This document shows, in pieces, positions 9,702-17,986 of a DNA stretch of 64,000 nt (its first letter is position 1; each line of letters starts with the position of its first letter). Location of the stretch: contig DHCY01000006.1 in the NCBI GenBank assembly GCA_002399085.1, positions 243-64,242 of the forward strand. Reading direction: 5' to 3'. The notes beneath the pieces were generated by a model that was given only the letters and a program-made list of their open reading frames with translations, did no database searches and was not told the DNA's origin. Origin of the DNA: Anaerolineaceae bacterium UBA4890. GTDB taxonomy: Bacteria > Chloroflexota > Anaerolineae > Anaerolineales > Anaerolineaceae. The translations under genes were made by a program, and so were the position numbers.

Positions 9702-12488
9702 CTATTTCGGGGGGAAAGGATGATCGTTTTCGTTTATCATCCACCAGGCAAGCGCTACTGCCCAACCAAATAGCATCCCAATCACGGTTACCTGGGCAAC
9801 AAACCACGAAGAGCTTTCCTTAACCAAATCCATGATGGGGGTGATGCCAAGAGTGAGCAACAGGTACGCCGCCAAACCGCCAATTACCGTACACATTGCC
9901 GAGCGGAAGCCCCAGCGCACGCTGCCCCACCACTTATAGCCCGCTATCCATGCCAAAAAGCCGCCAGCCAGATTCAAAAGGATCACCAAAAGCCAGTCCG
10001 TCAGGCGGGGATAGCCAGTTAGGTTCATCGAAGGATCCGGTGTGGGCGTAGGCATCAGCGTAGGCGTGGGCGTAGGCATCAGCGTAGGCGTCGCCGTTGG
10101 GGTTGGCGTTTCTGTGGGCATGATTACCTGGGCTAAGCCGCCTTGCGTGTTCAGAATCAGCCTGCCTGAGGTCATTGCCGGCTCGCTGAGCGCGGAGACC
10201 TCGAAAATTCCTTCGCGCTCGATGCGATAATCGATGGTTGCCAGACCGTCCTGAGTGACGGTTTCAGGCTGTGAGATGATCAGGTTTTCGGTGGAAAGAC
10301 GGATGGTGAACTTTACCACTGTGCCATCGGGCACCTGGTTTCCGTTATGGTCAACGATCGGTCCAGCCTGGATGCGCACGTTCTCTCCCATTACAAACAG
10401 CGGCACCGGGGTCTCGACCGTTGGCATTTCGGCTGTGGCAATGACTTCAGCCTGGGCAGGCGTGAGCAGTTTGATCTGGATAACCTGGTTGGGGTTGGGG
10501 GCGGTAATTGTGCCTAGTTGGTAATCGACAGCGCTGATGGAGACAGGCAGCGAACCGCTGGCGGTGGTCTCGCGCATCAGCACCCGCGCAGCGATATCCA
10601 ATGCGCTTTGGGAGTTGTTGTAGAGAACGTAGTAAGCACTGATATTTGCCAGATCGGTCGAATCCAGATAATAAGGCACATCGTAACTGAAGACGATCAC
10701 ATTCTTGTCTCTCAGGAGGTCCAGTCTCTCGGATAGCAGACGTTTAAATGCGCGGGTTTCAGGCAGGGCAGGGTCTTCATTGAGCAGGTTAATGACCACC
10801 CACTGTGAGCGGCGCAAGTTGTCGACCCGGTTTGGGTCTGCCGGTTCGGTGCGTTGGTCGAGTATCTCGTGCAATTGTGTGAAGCTATATGAAAAAATGC
10901 GATCACCCATCAACTGATTGGTGCCATTGGGACCATAGTAGCGGGTGAGCGTGTTTTCAAAATCCATCGTATTGAAACCATATTGCTGAAGGCAGCTGTC
11001 ACACTGTCTGCGCAGCCGTGTATCGGTGAATATGGTGATGTAATCGGATAGAGCAGGAGGCTGCGCAACCGACGCGTTCAGAAACTCAGGGGAGGGCGCC
11101 AGAAGCGTTACTGCCTCGCGGTTGACTTTCAACTCGAGCGTTCCAGCCTGCCCAAGCAGTGCGAGCCCCTCCTGGGGGGTTGTTACCGATTCGAGGTCGA
11201 ATGCAGGGTAAAGCTGCATCTTCGCCTGTAAGATTCTCAAAACAGAGGCATCCACTCTCTGAGCGAAAACAGCGTCTTCCTGGTATTTTTGCCTGAAAAA
11301 TTCAATCGTCCTGGCGATGGTCTCAGCCTGGTTCAGGTCGTTGGGACCCTTGAAGTTATCGAGGAAGAGCATATCGTTGCCAGCCAAAAAAGCTGTTCGG
11401 GCAACAGTGAGCGGGTCGAACTCGTCTTCTCCGCTGCTGAACACCAGTTTGACTGCCGGGCTGCCCAGGCTGTCGCTGATCGTGAGCCCACCGTTCGCCC
11501 GCCAGGTTGCCAGGGGTTCAGGCGAAAGCAATTGCGTGAGCGCGTTTTGGTCAAAATTGACTGGCATGGTGGTCGCGCGGATATTGCCCTGCAAACCCTG
11601 AAAACGGATTGCCGAAATCATCAATCCATCCACCTGGCGCTGCGGGTTCGGATCACCAACAACGCTCATGTAAGGCGCTAACTCAATTTGTTTGAGCTGC
11701 TCCAGTGTTTTCTGAACGGTAGAGACTTCCTCATTCGGCGGGCGGTCTACGCTGCCCAAACCGGGGAAGTGCTGGGCGATCACGCTCATGCGCCCCTGGC
11801 TGCCAAGGTGCACACCCTCAACATAAGCCATGCCCATCTCACCCACCCAATATGGATCGCCGCCAAAACTCTGCGTGCCCACATAGGCAGCCGCAACCAG
11901 GTCTTTGCTGTCAACCACATCAAGAGACGGACCCAGGAGGAGGTTTACGCCCAGGGCAGAGAGTTCCAGACCAACCAGGTTGCCAACTTCCTGTGCCAAT
12001 TCTGTTGACCAGGTGGCACCGATTGACATGGGCGATGGGTATTGTGTGAGACCGCTGAGCAACTGGGGCGTGCGATTGTTTTCCTTCACTAGGTTCATGC
12101 CGATATAAAGCGGGATGTAAGTGTTGTCGGGATTGGCAGGAGCGCCAGTATCCAGTGGATTGCTTTTCTGCCAGTTAATTTCTTGCAGGGTTTGAATAAG
12201 CTGCCAGGCATCGCTGCTGTTATCGACAAAATTGTTATGGTCTGCACTCAAAACCACACCGCCAACGTGGTAATTGCTGATTAGATCAACTATTGAACTG
12301 GTTTCAAGGATTTCCGACCCGTCGAATGTGATTAAAAATAATTGACCGACTTTTTCTGAAGGGGTCATCCGGGCGAGAAGCGCTTCAGCCTGACTAACTT
12401 CCTGGGCGCTTCCAGCATTTATAGGCAGACCGGACAGACCGAGAATGATGAACAGACATAGCAAGAGCCGCGATAACCTTGCATTCAT
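9702..12488 (-). CDS. glycoside hydrolase family 3 (NagZ/beta-hexosaminidase-like) exported protein with a PT-rich linker and a C-terminal multi-TM anchor
   Basis: The GH3 N-terminal domain shows KVGQLF and HVGGVVL. A signal peptide begins at MNARLSRLLL. The PTPT linker is followed by about 4 C-terminal TM helices. I prefer the start at 12488 because it forms an ATGA overlap with the upstream gene's stop; the longest ORF starts at 12530. Confidence 0.7.
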   Translation of the reverse strand: MNARLSRLLLCLFIILGLSGLPINAGSAQEVSQAEALLARMTPSEKVGQLFLITFDGSEILETSSIVDLISNYHVGGVVLSADHNNFVDNSSDAWQLIQTLQEINWQKSNPLDTGAPANPDNTYIPLYIGMNLVKENNRTPQLLSGLTQYPSPMSIGATWSTELAQEVGNLVGLELSALGVNLLLGPSLDVVDSKDLVAAAYVGTQSFGGDPYWVGEMGMAYVEGVHLGSQGRMSVIAQHFPGLGSVDRPPNEEVSTVQKTLEQLKQIELAPYMSVVGDPNPQRQVDGLMISAIRFQGLQGNIRATTMPVNFDQNALTQLLSPEPLATWRANGGLTISDSLGSPAVKLVFSSGEDEFDPLTVARTAFLAGNDMLFLDNFKGPNDLNQAETIARTIEFFRQKYQEDAVFAQRVDASVLRILQAKMQLYPAFDLESVTTPQEGLALLGQAGTLELKVNREAVTLLAPSPEFLNASVAQPPALSDYITIFTDTRLRRQCDSCLQQYGFNTMDFENTLTRYYGPNGTNQLMGDRIFSYSFTQLHEILDQRTEPADPNRVDNLRRSQWVVINLLNEDPALPETRAFKRLLSERLDLLRDKNVIVFSYDVPYYLDSTDLANISAYYVLYNNSQSALDIAARVLMRETTASGSLPVSISAVDYQLGTITAPNPNQVIQIKLLTPAQAEVIATAEMPTVETPVPLFVMGENVRIQAGPIVDHNGNQVPDGTVVKFTIRLSTENLIISQPETVTQDGLATIDYRIEREGIFEVSALSEPAMTSGRLILNTQGGLAQVIMPTETPTPTATPTLMPTPTPTLMPTPTPDPSMNLTGYPRLTDWLLVILLNLAGGFLAWIAGYKWWGSVRWGFRSAMCTVIGGLAAYLLLTLGITPIMDLVKESSSWFVAQVTVIGMLFGWAVALAWWMINENDHPFPPK

Positions 12489-13222
12489 GTCGATTCGAGT
12501 ACCTTCCGGGCATGAGCGGGATCGTTGCAAATGACGCTATCCACGCCAAGTTCCTTCATCCTGAGCAGATCGGCAGGCTTGTCAACCGTCCAGACATTGA
12601 CTTTCTTGTTTTCGGCGTGCAAGCGGCGGACCAGCCTTGGGGTGACATCTTTGAAAAACGGATGCAAGGCATTGTAGTGATAATGTTTGCCCAGCCAGCC
12701 GCGAAATGGAGCACCGAGCAGGTGGGGACGGGTGAGCAAGCCACGTTCAACCGAGGGTTCAAGCCGCTCAGCTTTGAGTAAATTGCGAGCGACAAAAGAG
12801 GATAGGATGATGGCATCTTGCAACCCGGTTCTACGAATCAGATCGATAACCGTTTCCGTCAGTTGGTCACCAGGAGTGGCATCGTTTTTCAACTCAACAT
12901 TGATCAGAATCTGCCCGCCCAACTCTTCAAAGACTTGCTCCAACAATGGCAGAGGTTCGCCATTAAAGCGCGCATCAAACTTGATGCCGGCATCCAACGT
13001 TTTGAGTTGCTCCCAGGTCATTTGTCTGACCTTGCCTTGCCCATTGGTTGTGCGATCGACTGCGTGATCATGGATCACCACCATTTTACCGTCTGCAGAA
13101 AGCATCACATCAAGCTCTATACCGTCTGCGCCGAGTTCATGGGCAAGTCGGAATGCAGCCATAGTGTTTTCTGGTGCCAGGGCTGAAGCACCTCGATGTG
13201 CGAATATGAGCGGCGTTTTCAT
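12485..13222 (-). CDS. glycerophosphodiester phosphodiesterase (cytoplasmic UgpQ-like)
   Basis: 245 aa. Contains FAHRGAS..APENT and GADGIELDV (GDPD motifs). No signal peptide. Confidence 0.9.
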   Translation of the reverse strand: MKTPLIFAHRGASALAPENTMAAFRLAHELGADGIELDVMLSADGKMVVIHDHAVDRTTNGQGKVRQMTWEQLKTLDAGIKFDARFNGEPLPLLEQVFEELGGQILINVELKNDATPGDQLTETVIDLIRRTGLQDAIILSSFVARNLLKAERLEPSVERGLLTRPHLLGAPFRGWLGKHYHYNALHPFFKDVTPRLVRRLHAENKKVNVWTVDKPADLLRMKELGVDSVICNDPAHARKVLEST

Positions 13223-13276
13223 AAGACTTCTCCTGTCTGAGGTCTAATTATAGCATCCTGTAATAAGGAATTTGGT

Positions 13277-13360
13277 CATTCTAAGCGAAGCGACATGACG
13301 GTTACTACGTAAGCGTTTTCGCTCAATGAGTGTTAAGATTCTTCCTTACGCTGAGGATGC
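13277..13360. repeat. copy of the palindromic GTCATYCTGA...GAAGRATCTT intergenic repeat family
   Basis: GTCATTCTAAGCGAAGCGA (13277 onward) faces the inverted arm GTTAAGATTCTTCCTTACGCTGAGGATGCC. The arms match those at 27890-28012, 38429-38861 and 52990-53340. Confidence 0.6.
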
Positions 13361-13407
13361 CAGCATAACAACCATGCTATAATTTCTTCGTACAAAAGGA
13401 GATTTGT

Positions 13408-14748
13408 ATGAGCACACTTACCCATGTTATCAAACGCGACGGAAGCATCGTCCCCTTTACGCCACAACGAATTACCAATGCAATTTATCGTGCGGCGGTT
13501 GCCGTGGATGGGCGCGACAGGCAGAGAGCCGAAAACCTGTCCGCCCAGGTTGTTGCAGCCCTGGAAGAAACCGTCCCGGAAGGTGAATATCCCACTATTG
13601 AGACAATCCAAGATATGGTCGAAAAGGTGCTGATTGAGAATGGGCATGCCCGGGTTGCCAAAGCTTATATCCTTTATCGCGATGAACGCGCGCGTCAACG
13701 GGCAAAACGAAGTGACGACGACAAAACCCCCTCCGGGAATATCCCCTGGGCAAAACTATGGCTGGTTTTGGACTGGTCGGCGTCTCACGAGGTGCACACC
13801 TCTCAAAAGCTTAATCAGCAGATCAGAGAAGGAAAACTGGATGAAATTGTGACTGCTGCTGAGGCTGCCTACAGCGAAGACGTTGAAAACGCTGCCAACC
13901 TGATCCTTAACCGCCGGGACGAGGTGCGCGTAGTCTTTATCGCCGGTCCATCTTCCAGCGGCAAAACCACCACCACGATCAAGATCGGTGAGCGCCTGGC
14001 AAGGCAGGGTTTCAAGTTGATCACCCTTAACATTGACCATTACTTTTTCGACCTGGAAATGCACCCCAAAGACGAATTCGGGGATTATGACTTTGAGACT
14101 CCCCAGGCACTGAATATGAGCCTGATCAACCAGAATCTGACCGACCTGTTTGCCGGCAAAGAAGTGCGCATTCCCTTTTATGACTTCAAAACCGGTCGGA
14201 GCGTGCCCGAGCACACCCCCATGCGTCTGAACAAAAACGAAATTGTTCTGATCGATAGCCTGCATGGGCTCTACCCGGAAATGACGGAAGATATTCCGGA
14301 GGAGTGGAAGTTTAAACTCTACATCGAACCACTTTTGCAGTTAAAACTGAATAACAGGCGTTACGCCCGCTGGACCGATATCCGCCTGATGAGGCGCATG
14401 CTGCGGGACGCCTCACACCGCGCCTATGACCCCACACAGACCCTTTTGCACTGGCATTATGTACGCTCGAGTGAGCTGCGCCATATAATCCCCTATGCCA
14501 ACACAGTTGACACGGTGGTCAACAGTGCCATGCCCTACGAGCTGCCCATTTACAAGGCAAAACTGGGAGCAAACTTTGCCCGCTGGGCAGAGGAGTATCA
14601 GGATGACCCACTGCGCAAGGACGCCTGGGAGCGGGCTGACCGGGTTAACCGCATGTTCCAGGAAATTGACTTGGTTGAGGACGACAGTTTTGTGCCTGAA
14701 GATTCCGTGATCCGGGAGTTTATCGGTGGTGGCGTTTACAAGTATTAG
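13408..14748 (+). CDS. ATP-cone domain fused to a P-loop uridine-kinase/phosphoribulokinase-family nucleoside kinase
   Basis: 446 aa. The N-terminus is ATP-cone-like (VIKRDGSIVPFTPQRITNAIYRA...KAYILYR). The central Walker A is GPSSSGKTTT, followed by a PRK/Udk-like region (LIDSLHGLYPE). Confidence 0.7.
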   Translation: MSTLTHVIKRDGSIVPFTPQRITNAIYRAAVAVDGRDRQRAENLSAQVVAALEETVPEGEYPTIETIQDMVEKVLIENGHARVAKAYILYRDERARQRAKRSDDDKTPSGNIPWAKLWLVLDWSASHEVHTSQKLNQQIREGKLDEIVTAAEAAYSEDVENAANLILNRRDEVRVVFIAGPSSSGKTTTTIKIGERLARQGFKLITLNIDHYFFDLEMHPKDEFGDYDFETPQALNMSLINQNLTDLFAGKEVRIPFYDFKTGRSVPEHTPMRLNKNEIVLIDSLHGLYPEMTEDIPEEWKFKLYIEPLLQLKLNNRRYARWTDIRLMRRMLRDASHRAYDPTQTLLHWHYVRSSELRHIIPYANTVDTVVNSAMPYELPIYKAKLGANFARWAEEYQDDPLRKDAWERADRVNRMFQEIDLVEDDSFVPEDSVIREFIGGGVYKY

Positions 14749-14767
14749 CCACTGACCTGAAGATAGC

Positions 14768-14795
14768 AAAAAGGACGCCGGCGCGTCTTTTTGTT
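14768..14795. terminator. bidirectional terminator between convergent genes
   Basis: AAAAAGGACGC, loop CGGC, GCGTCTTTTT. Confidence 0.55.
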
Positions 14796-14810
14796 GAAAA
14801 TGATTAAGAT

Positions 14811-15299
14811 TTAATAGCAGGGCAGGGAGAATTCTTCAACCCCGGGAGGGATCGTGTTGACTGAATAATACCAACCACAGGCATCGTAACAAGTCATTCC
14901 CACATAACATCCGCCTGATGCATCTTTGCGATATTCGGTTTCACAAGTTAAATTCTTGCCTTCATCAGCACAACCAGTCGTTCTCCAACTGATATTTGCT
15001 GAGGTGAAATGGGCTCGCGGCCAGAGCAACCCGCCAGTCATAATTGTTGGACCATCCGTCGGCACATAGGTGGCAGTGGCGGTAGGGATCAGGACTTTCG
15101 GAGGTCGGTTGGTAGGGGTGCTGGTTGGTGTTGCCGTGGCTGTGGCTGTTGCTGTGGGAAGCTCGGTGGCTGTTGGCAGAGGTGTGTTCGTATTAACGAG
15201 AACGACCGGTTCCGGATTGGTGGGCTGGACCGGTGTAGAGGGAGAGCAGGCACTCAAAATGATTACAGTGAAGATAAATACAATCAGGCACTTCTTCAT
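14811..15299 (-). CDS. small secreted lipoprotein with a PT/AT-rich linker and a Cys-rich C-terminal domain (unknown function)
   Basis: MKKCLIVFIFTVIILSAC is a lipobox signal peptide when the start is 15299. It is followed by TATATATATPTSTPT and a C-terminal domain with 8 Cys. The longest ORF starts at 15326. Confidence 0.55.
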   Translation of the reverse strand: MKKCLIVFIFTVIILSACSPSTPVQPTNPEPVVLVNTNTPLPTATELPTATATATATPTSTPTNRPPKVLIPTATATYVPTDGPTIMTGGLLWPRAHFTSANISWRTTGCADEGKNLTCETEYRKDASGGCYVGMTCYDACGWYYSVNTIPPGVEEFSLPCY

Positions 15300-15398
15300 A
15301 AAGGATTCCTTCTTTTCAATAACCATATAATTCTACCCTATGTGGCTGAGCTGGACAGGAACACCACTTGGTTGTCGAAATACCTGTATAATGCTTCT

Positions 15399-16370
15399 AT
15401 GTTCCGCAATCAAAAAAGCTCCAACCGCCCGGCAGGAAATTTCATTCTGGGTATCAATATTGACAGTGACCGGGTGTTGCTGGTTTATGGCAGCCCAACC
15501 GGGACGATCAGTGAGAGACTTTCATTTCCTTCGCCGCGCCAGGAGAACTTCCAAACCCTTTTGTCTGAGATCAGCAGCCACGCTGATCGCCTCCTGATGA
15601 TCACCCAGGCACAACGGCTGCCCCTGCCAGATGTAATCTCAGTTTCGGTCAGCGGTAATTATGACACTCAGACCAACATTCTCACCTCTGCCGCCGATTT
15701 CCCTCAATGGAAGTCGGAACCCTTGCGTTCACAGCTGGGCTTGCGCTTCAACCTGCCAGTCTATGTTGAAAGCAAAGCCGATGCGGGGCTCTTGGCGGAG
15801 CTTTTGTTCGGCTCTGTCTCAGACCAGGAACAAACTGTCTATGTCAGTTTCCAACCCCGCATAAGAGTTGCAATTTTTGGGAATGGAAAACTTTATTCCA
15901 CTTCTGGTGGACTTTCCGGGGCGATCGGAAACGTAAGATTGCGCGATTTCGCCGACGATGATCAGATAGTCCACCTGAACGATGTTGCCAGTTCTGCCGG
16001 GCTGCTAAAGCTCGCCCGTTTGCGGCACCCCAATCATTGGGAAGATGAGGCAGTGCCGGATGACATTGTCAACTGTGTGCTCTCTGCAGATCCTTATGGC
16101 ATCGAGGTTGTCGAAGAAGCAGCCAGAATATTTGGTCGGGAGCTGCAAACCTTAATCCATGTACTGAGACCGACGAATTTTGTCGTAGGCTATCCCTTGA
16201 ACCTGCTGGGTGAGCACTGGATGCAGCCGATGAGCGAGGCAATCTCAAATACCACCGGGCTGGGAAGCGGGCAATTACCGCGCATCGTAGCATCGGCTCT
16301 GGGCACGCGGCAACCTGAACTGGAAGCAATTGCCCCGGCAATTATGGCAGTCCGCTCCCAAACCCAATAG
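15399..16370 (+). CDS. ROK/ASKHA-fold sugar-kinase-like protein with degenerate catalytic motifs
   Basis: The ROK-like core reads ILGINIDS...ISVSVSGNYD...PVYVESKADAGLLAELLFG. The ORF-track N-terminal extension back to 15009 is Arg/Cys/Gly-rich junk that overlaps the divergent lipoprotein gene, so I chose the ATG at 15399. Confidence 0.5.
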   Translation: MFRNQKSSNRPAGNFILGINIDSDRVLLVYGSPTGTISERLSFPSPRQENFQTLLSEISSHADRLLMITQAQRLPLPDVISVSVSGNYDTQTNILTSAADFPQWKSEPLRSQLGLRFNLPVYVESKADAGLLAELLFGSVSDQEQTVYVSFQPRIRVAIFGNGKLYSTSGGLSGAIGNVRLRDFADDDQIVHLNDVASSAGLLKLARLRHPNHWEDEAVPDDIVNCVLSADPYGIEVVEEAARIFGRELQTLIHVLRPTNFVVGYPLNLLGEHWMQPMSEAISNTTGLGSGQLPRIVASALGTRQPELEAIAPAIMAVRSQTQ

Positions 16371-16476
16371 CACGCTTTTACCTAGACACCTTTAATAAAT
16401 TGCCTACATTTCTTTTATGTCTTTTTTACATTGCCCGCCTAAAGTAGAAGTACATACAAAGGAAATGGAGGAAACT

Positions 16477-16920
16477 ATGGCATATATGATCAGACGATCT
16501 CCTTACTGGAGAAACCAATTTCTTGAAAGAGCGATGAATCGCTATTTGGATATGGAGTCCGAACAACTTCCCTCAGGCTTCCCGCTTGATGTACTCGAAA
16601 CCGATACAGAATATACTGTGAAGGCGGATGTGGCTGGTTTTGACCCCGAAAAGATCGAAATCACTTACGACGACAATACCCTTTCAATCAAGGGTCTAGT
16701 TGAGGACGATACCGAGAAGTCCGAAGAGGGCAAGTATCACGTTCGTGAACGCAGGTTCGGTTCCTTTTACCGCAGTATTAGCATGCCCGGTGTGATCGAT
16801 GCAGATCAAATCACTGCAGACAGTGACAACGGCATCCTGGTAGTGCATTTGCCCAAGAAACCAGAGACCCAACCGAAGAAAATCAACGTTGTCTCAAAGA
16901 AAATCGTAGATAGCGAATAG
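16477..16920 (+). CDS. Hsp20/alpha-crystallin family small heat-shock protein
   Basis: Alpha-crystallin domain present (DVLETDTEYTVKADVAGFDPEKIEITYDDNTLSIKG...RRFGSFYRSISMP). The ATG at 16477 is preceded by GGAGG. The track ORF starts at 16417. Confidence 0.9.
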   Translation: MAYMIRRSPYWRNQFLERAMNRYLDMESEQLPSGFPLDVLETDTEYTVKADVAGFDPEKIEITYDDNTLSIKGLVEDDTEKSEEGKYHVRERRFGSFYRSISMPGVIDADQITADSDNGILVVHLPKKPETQPKKINVVSKKIVDSE

Positions 16921-16938
16921 CAGAAACTAACAATAAAA

Positions 16939-16970
16939 CCCCCCGCTGAAAAAGTGGGGTGTTTTGGTTT
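16939..16970 (+). terminator. probable intrinsic terminator after hsp20
   Basis: CCCCGC, loop TGAAAAA, GTGGGG, then TGTTTTGGTTT. Confidence 0.45.
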
Positions 16971-17143
16971 AAGTCAAGCAACGATGCTGCTGGGTTCAAA
17001 CCCATGCCTTAAGAGAGGAACGGTCAGTGTCAGTACAGGGTTTAACTCAATCAACGGGGTTTATCATCTACCCAGCCGTAAGAAAGGGACCATTACGTTT
17101 TATTTCTACTATAATTAGAAAACCAGATTGAAAGGAGCGCACG

Positions 17144-17986
17144 ATGAAGACGAAAAAGTACATGGTCAAACCCGGAGAGAAGGTCAAAATGAAAGATTTT
17201 GACCCGAACGATGCCAGTGAATTTGATGGGAAGAAAAAGCAAGGTGAGAAAGCACTGCTCGAGCTTAATAAAGAAATAGAGGGACTACAGGAGCTGATGT
17301 ACGCCGAGGGCAAAAAACGGCTGCTGGTCATCCTGCAGGCAATGGACACTGCTGGCAAAGACGGTGTGATCCGCAAGGTTTTTGAAGGCGTCAACCCTCA
17401 GGGTGTACATGTGGCTCCATTTAAAACGCCCTCACTCCTCGAACTCGCTCACGATTACCTTTGGCGCATCCACGCTCACACCCCTAAAATAGGTGAAATC
17501 GTAATCTTTAACCGCTCACAATATGAAGATGTTCTGCCTGTGCGCGTGCTTAACCTGATGCCCGAAGAGGTTTGGTCCAAACGTTTTCATCACATCAATG
17601 AGTTCGAACGCATGCTGGTTGATGAAGGTACGGTCATTCTCAAGTTCTACCTGCACATCGACCTCCAGGAGCAGGCTGGGCGTTTCCTCGCCCGCATTGA
17701 AGAACCTGATAAAACCTGGAAGTTCAACCCCGGCGACCTGGAAGACCGCAAATTGTGGGACGATTACATGGAAGCCTATGAAGACATTTTGAACAAAACC
17801 AGCACAGAGTGGGCGCCTTGGTATGTGATTCCCAGCAACAAGAAGTGGTATCGCAACCTGCTGGTAGCCACGATTGTGCGGGATACGCTGGTAAATATGA
17901 ACATGCAGTTTCCAGCTCCGCCGCCGAACCTGGACGCCTACCGTGAGACCGTGCTGTCGATGGTGCAGGCACACAAAGATAAATAA
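17144..17986 (+). CDS. polyphosphate kinase 2 family protein (polyphosphate:nucleotide phosphotransferase)
   Basis: 280 aa with typical single-domain PPK2 sequence: LLVILQAMDTAGKDG and FNRSQYEDVL. Confidence 0.9.
   Translation: MKTKKYMVKPGEKVKMKDFDPNDASEFDGKKKQGEKALLELNKEIEGLQELMYAEGKKRLLVILQAMDTAGKDGVIRKVFEGVNPQGVHVAPFKTPSLLELAHDYLWRIHAHTPKIGEIVIFNRSQYEDVLPVRVLNLMPEEVWSKRFHHINEFERMLVDEGTVILKFYLHIDLQEQAGRFLARIEEPDKTWKFNPGDLEDRKLWDDYMEAYEDILNKTSTEWAPWYVIPSNKKWYRNLLVATIVRDTLVNMNMQFPAPPPNLDAYRETVLSMVQAHKDK

Noticed and set aside
10043-10090. Perfect 24-bp tandem duplication
   Set aside because: It lies inside the GH3 coding sequence and encodes the PTLMPTPT linker duplication. It is not an independent element, and I mention it under the GH3 finding.
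15009-15398. N-terminal 130-aa extension of the ROK-like ORF
   Set aside because: It is an Arg/Gly/Cys-rich translation antisense to the PT-rich lipoprotein gene. The real domain starts after the ATG at 15399.
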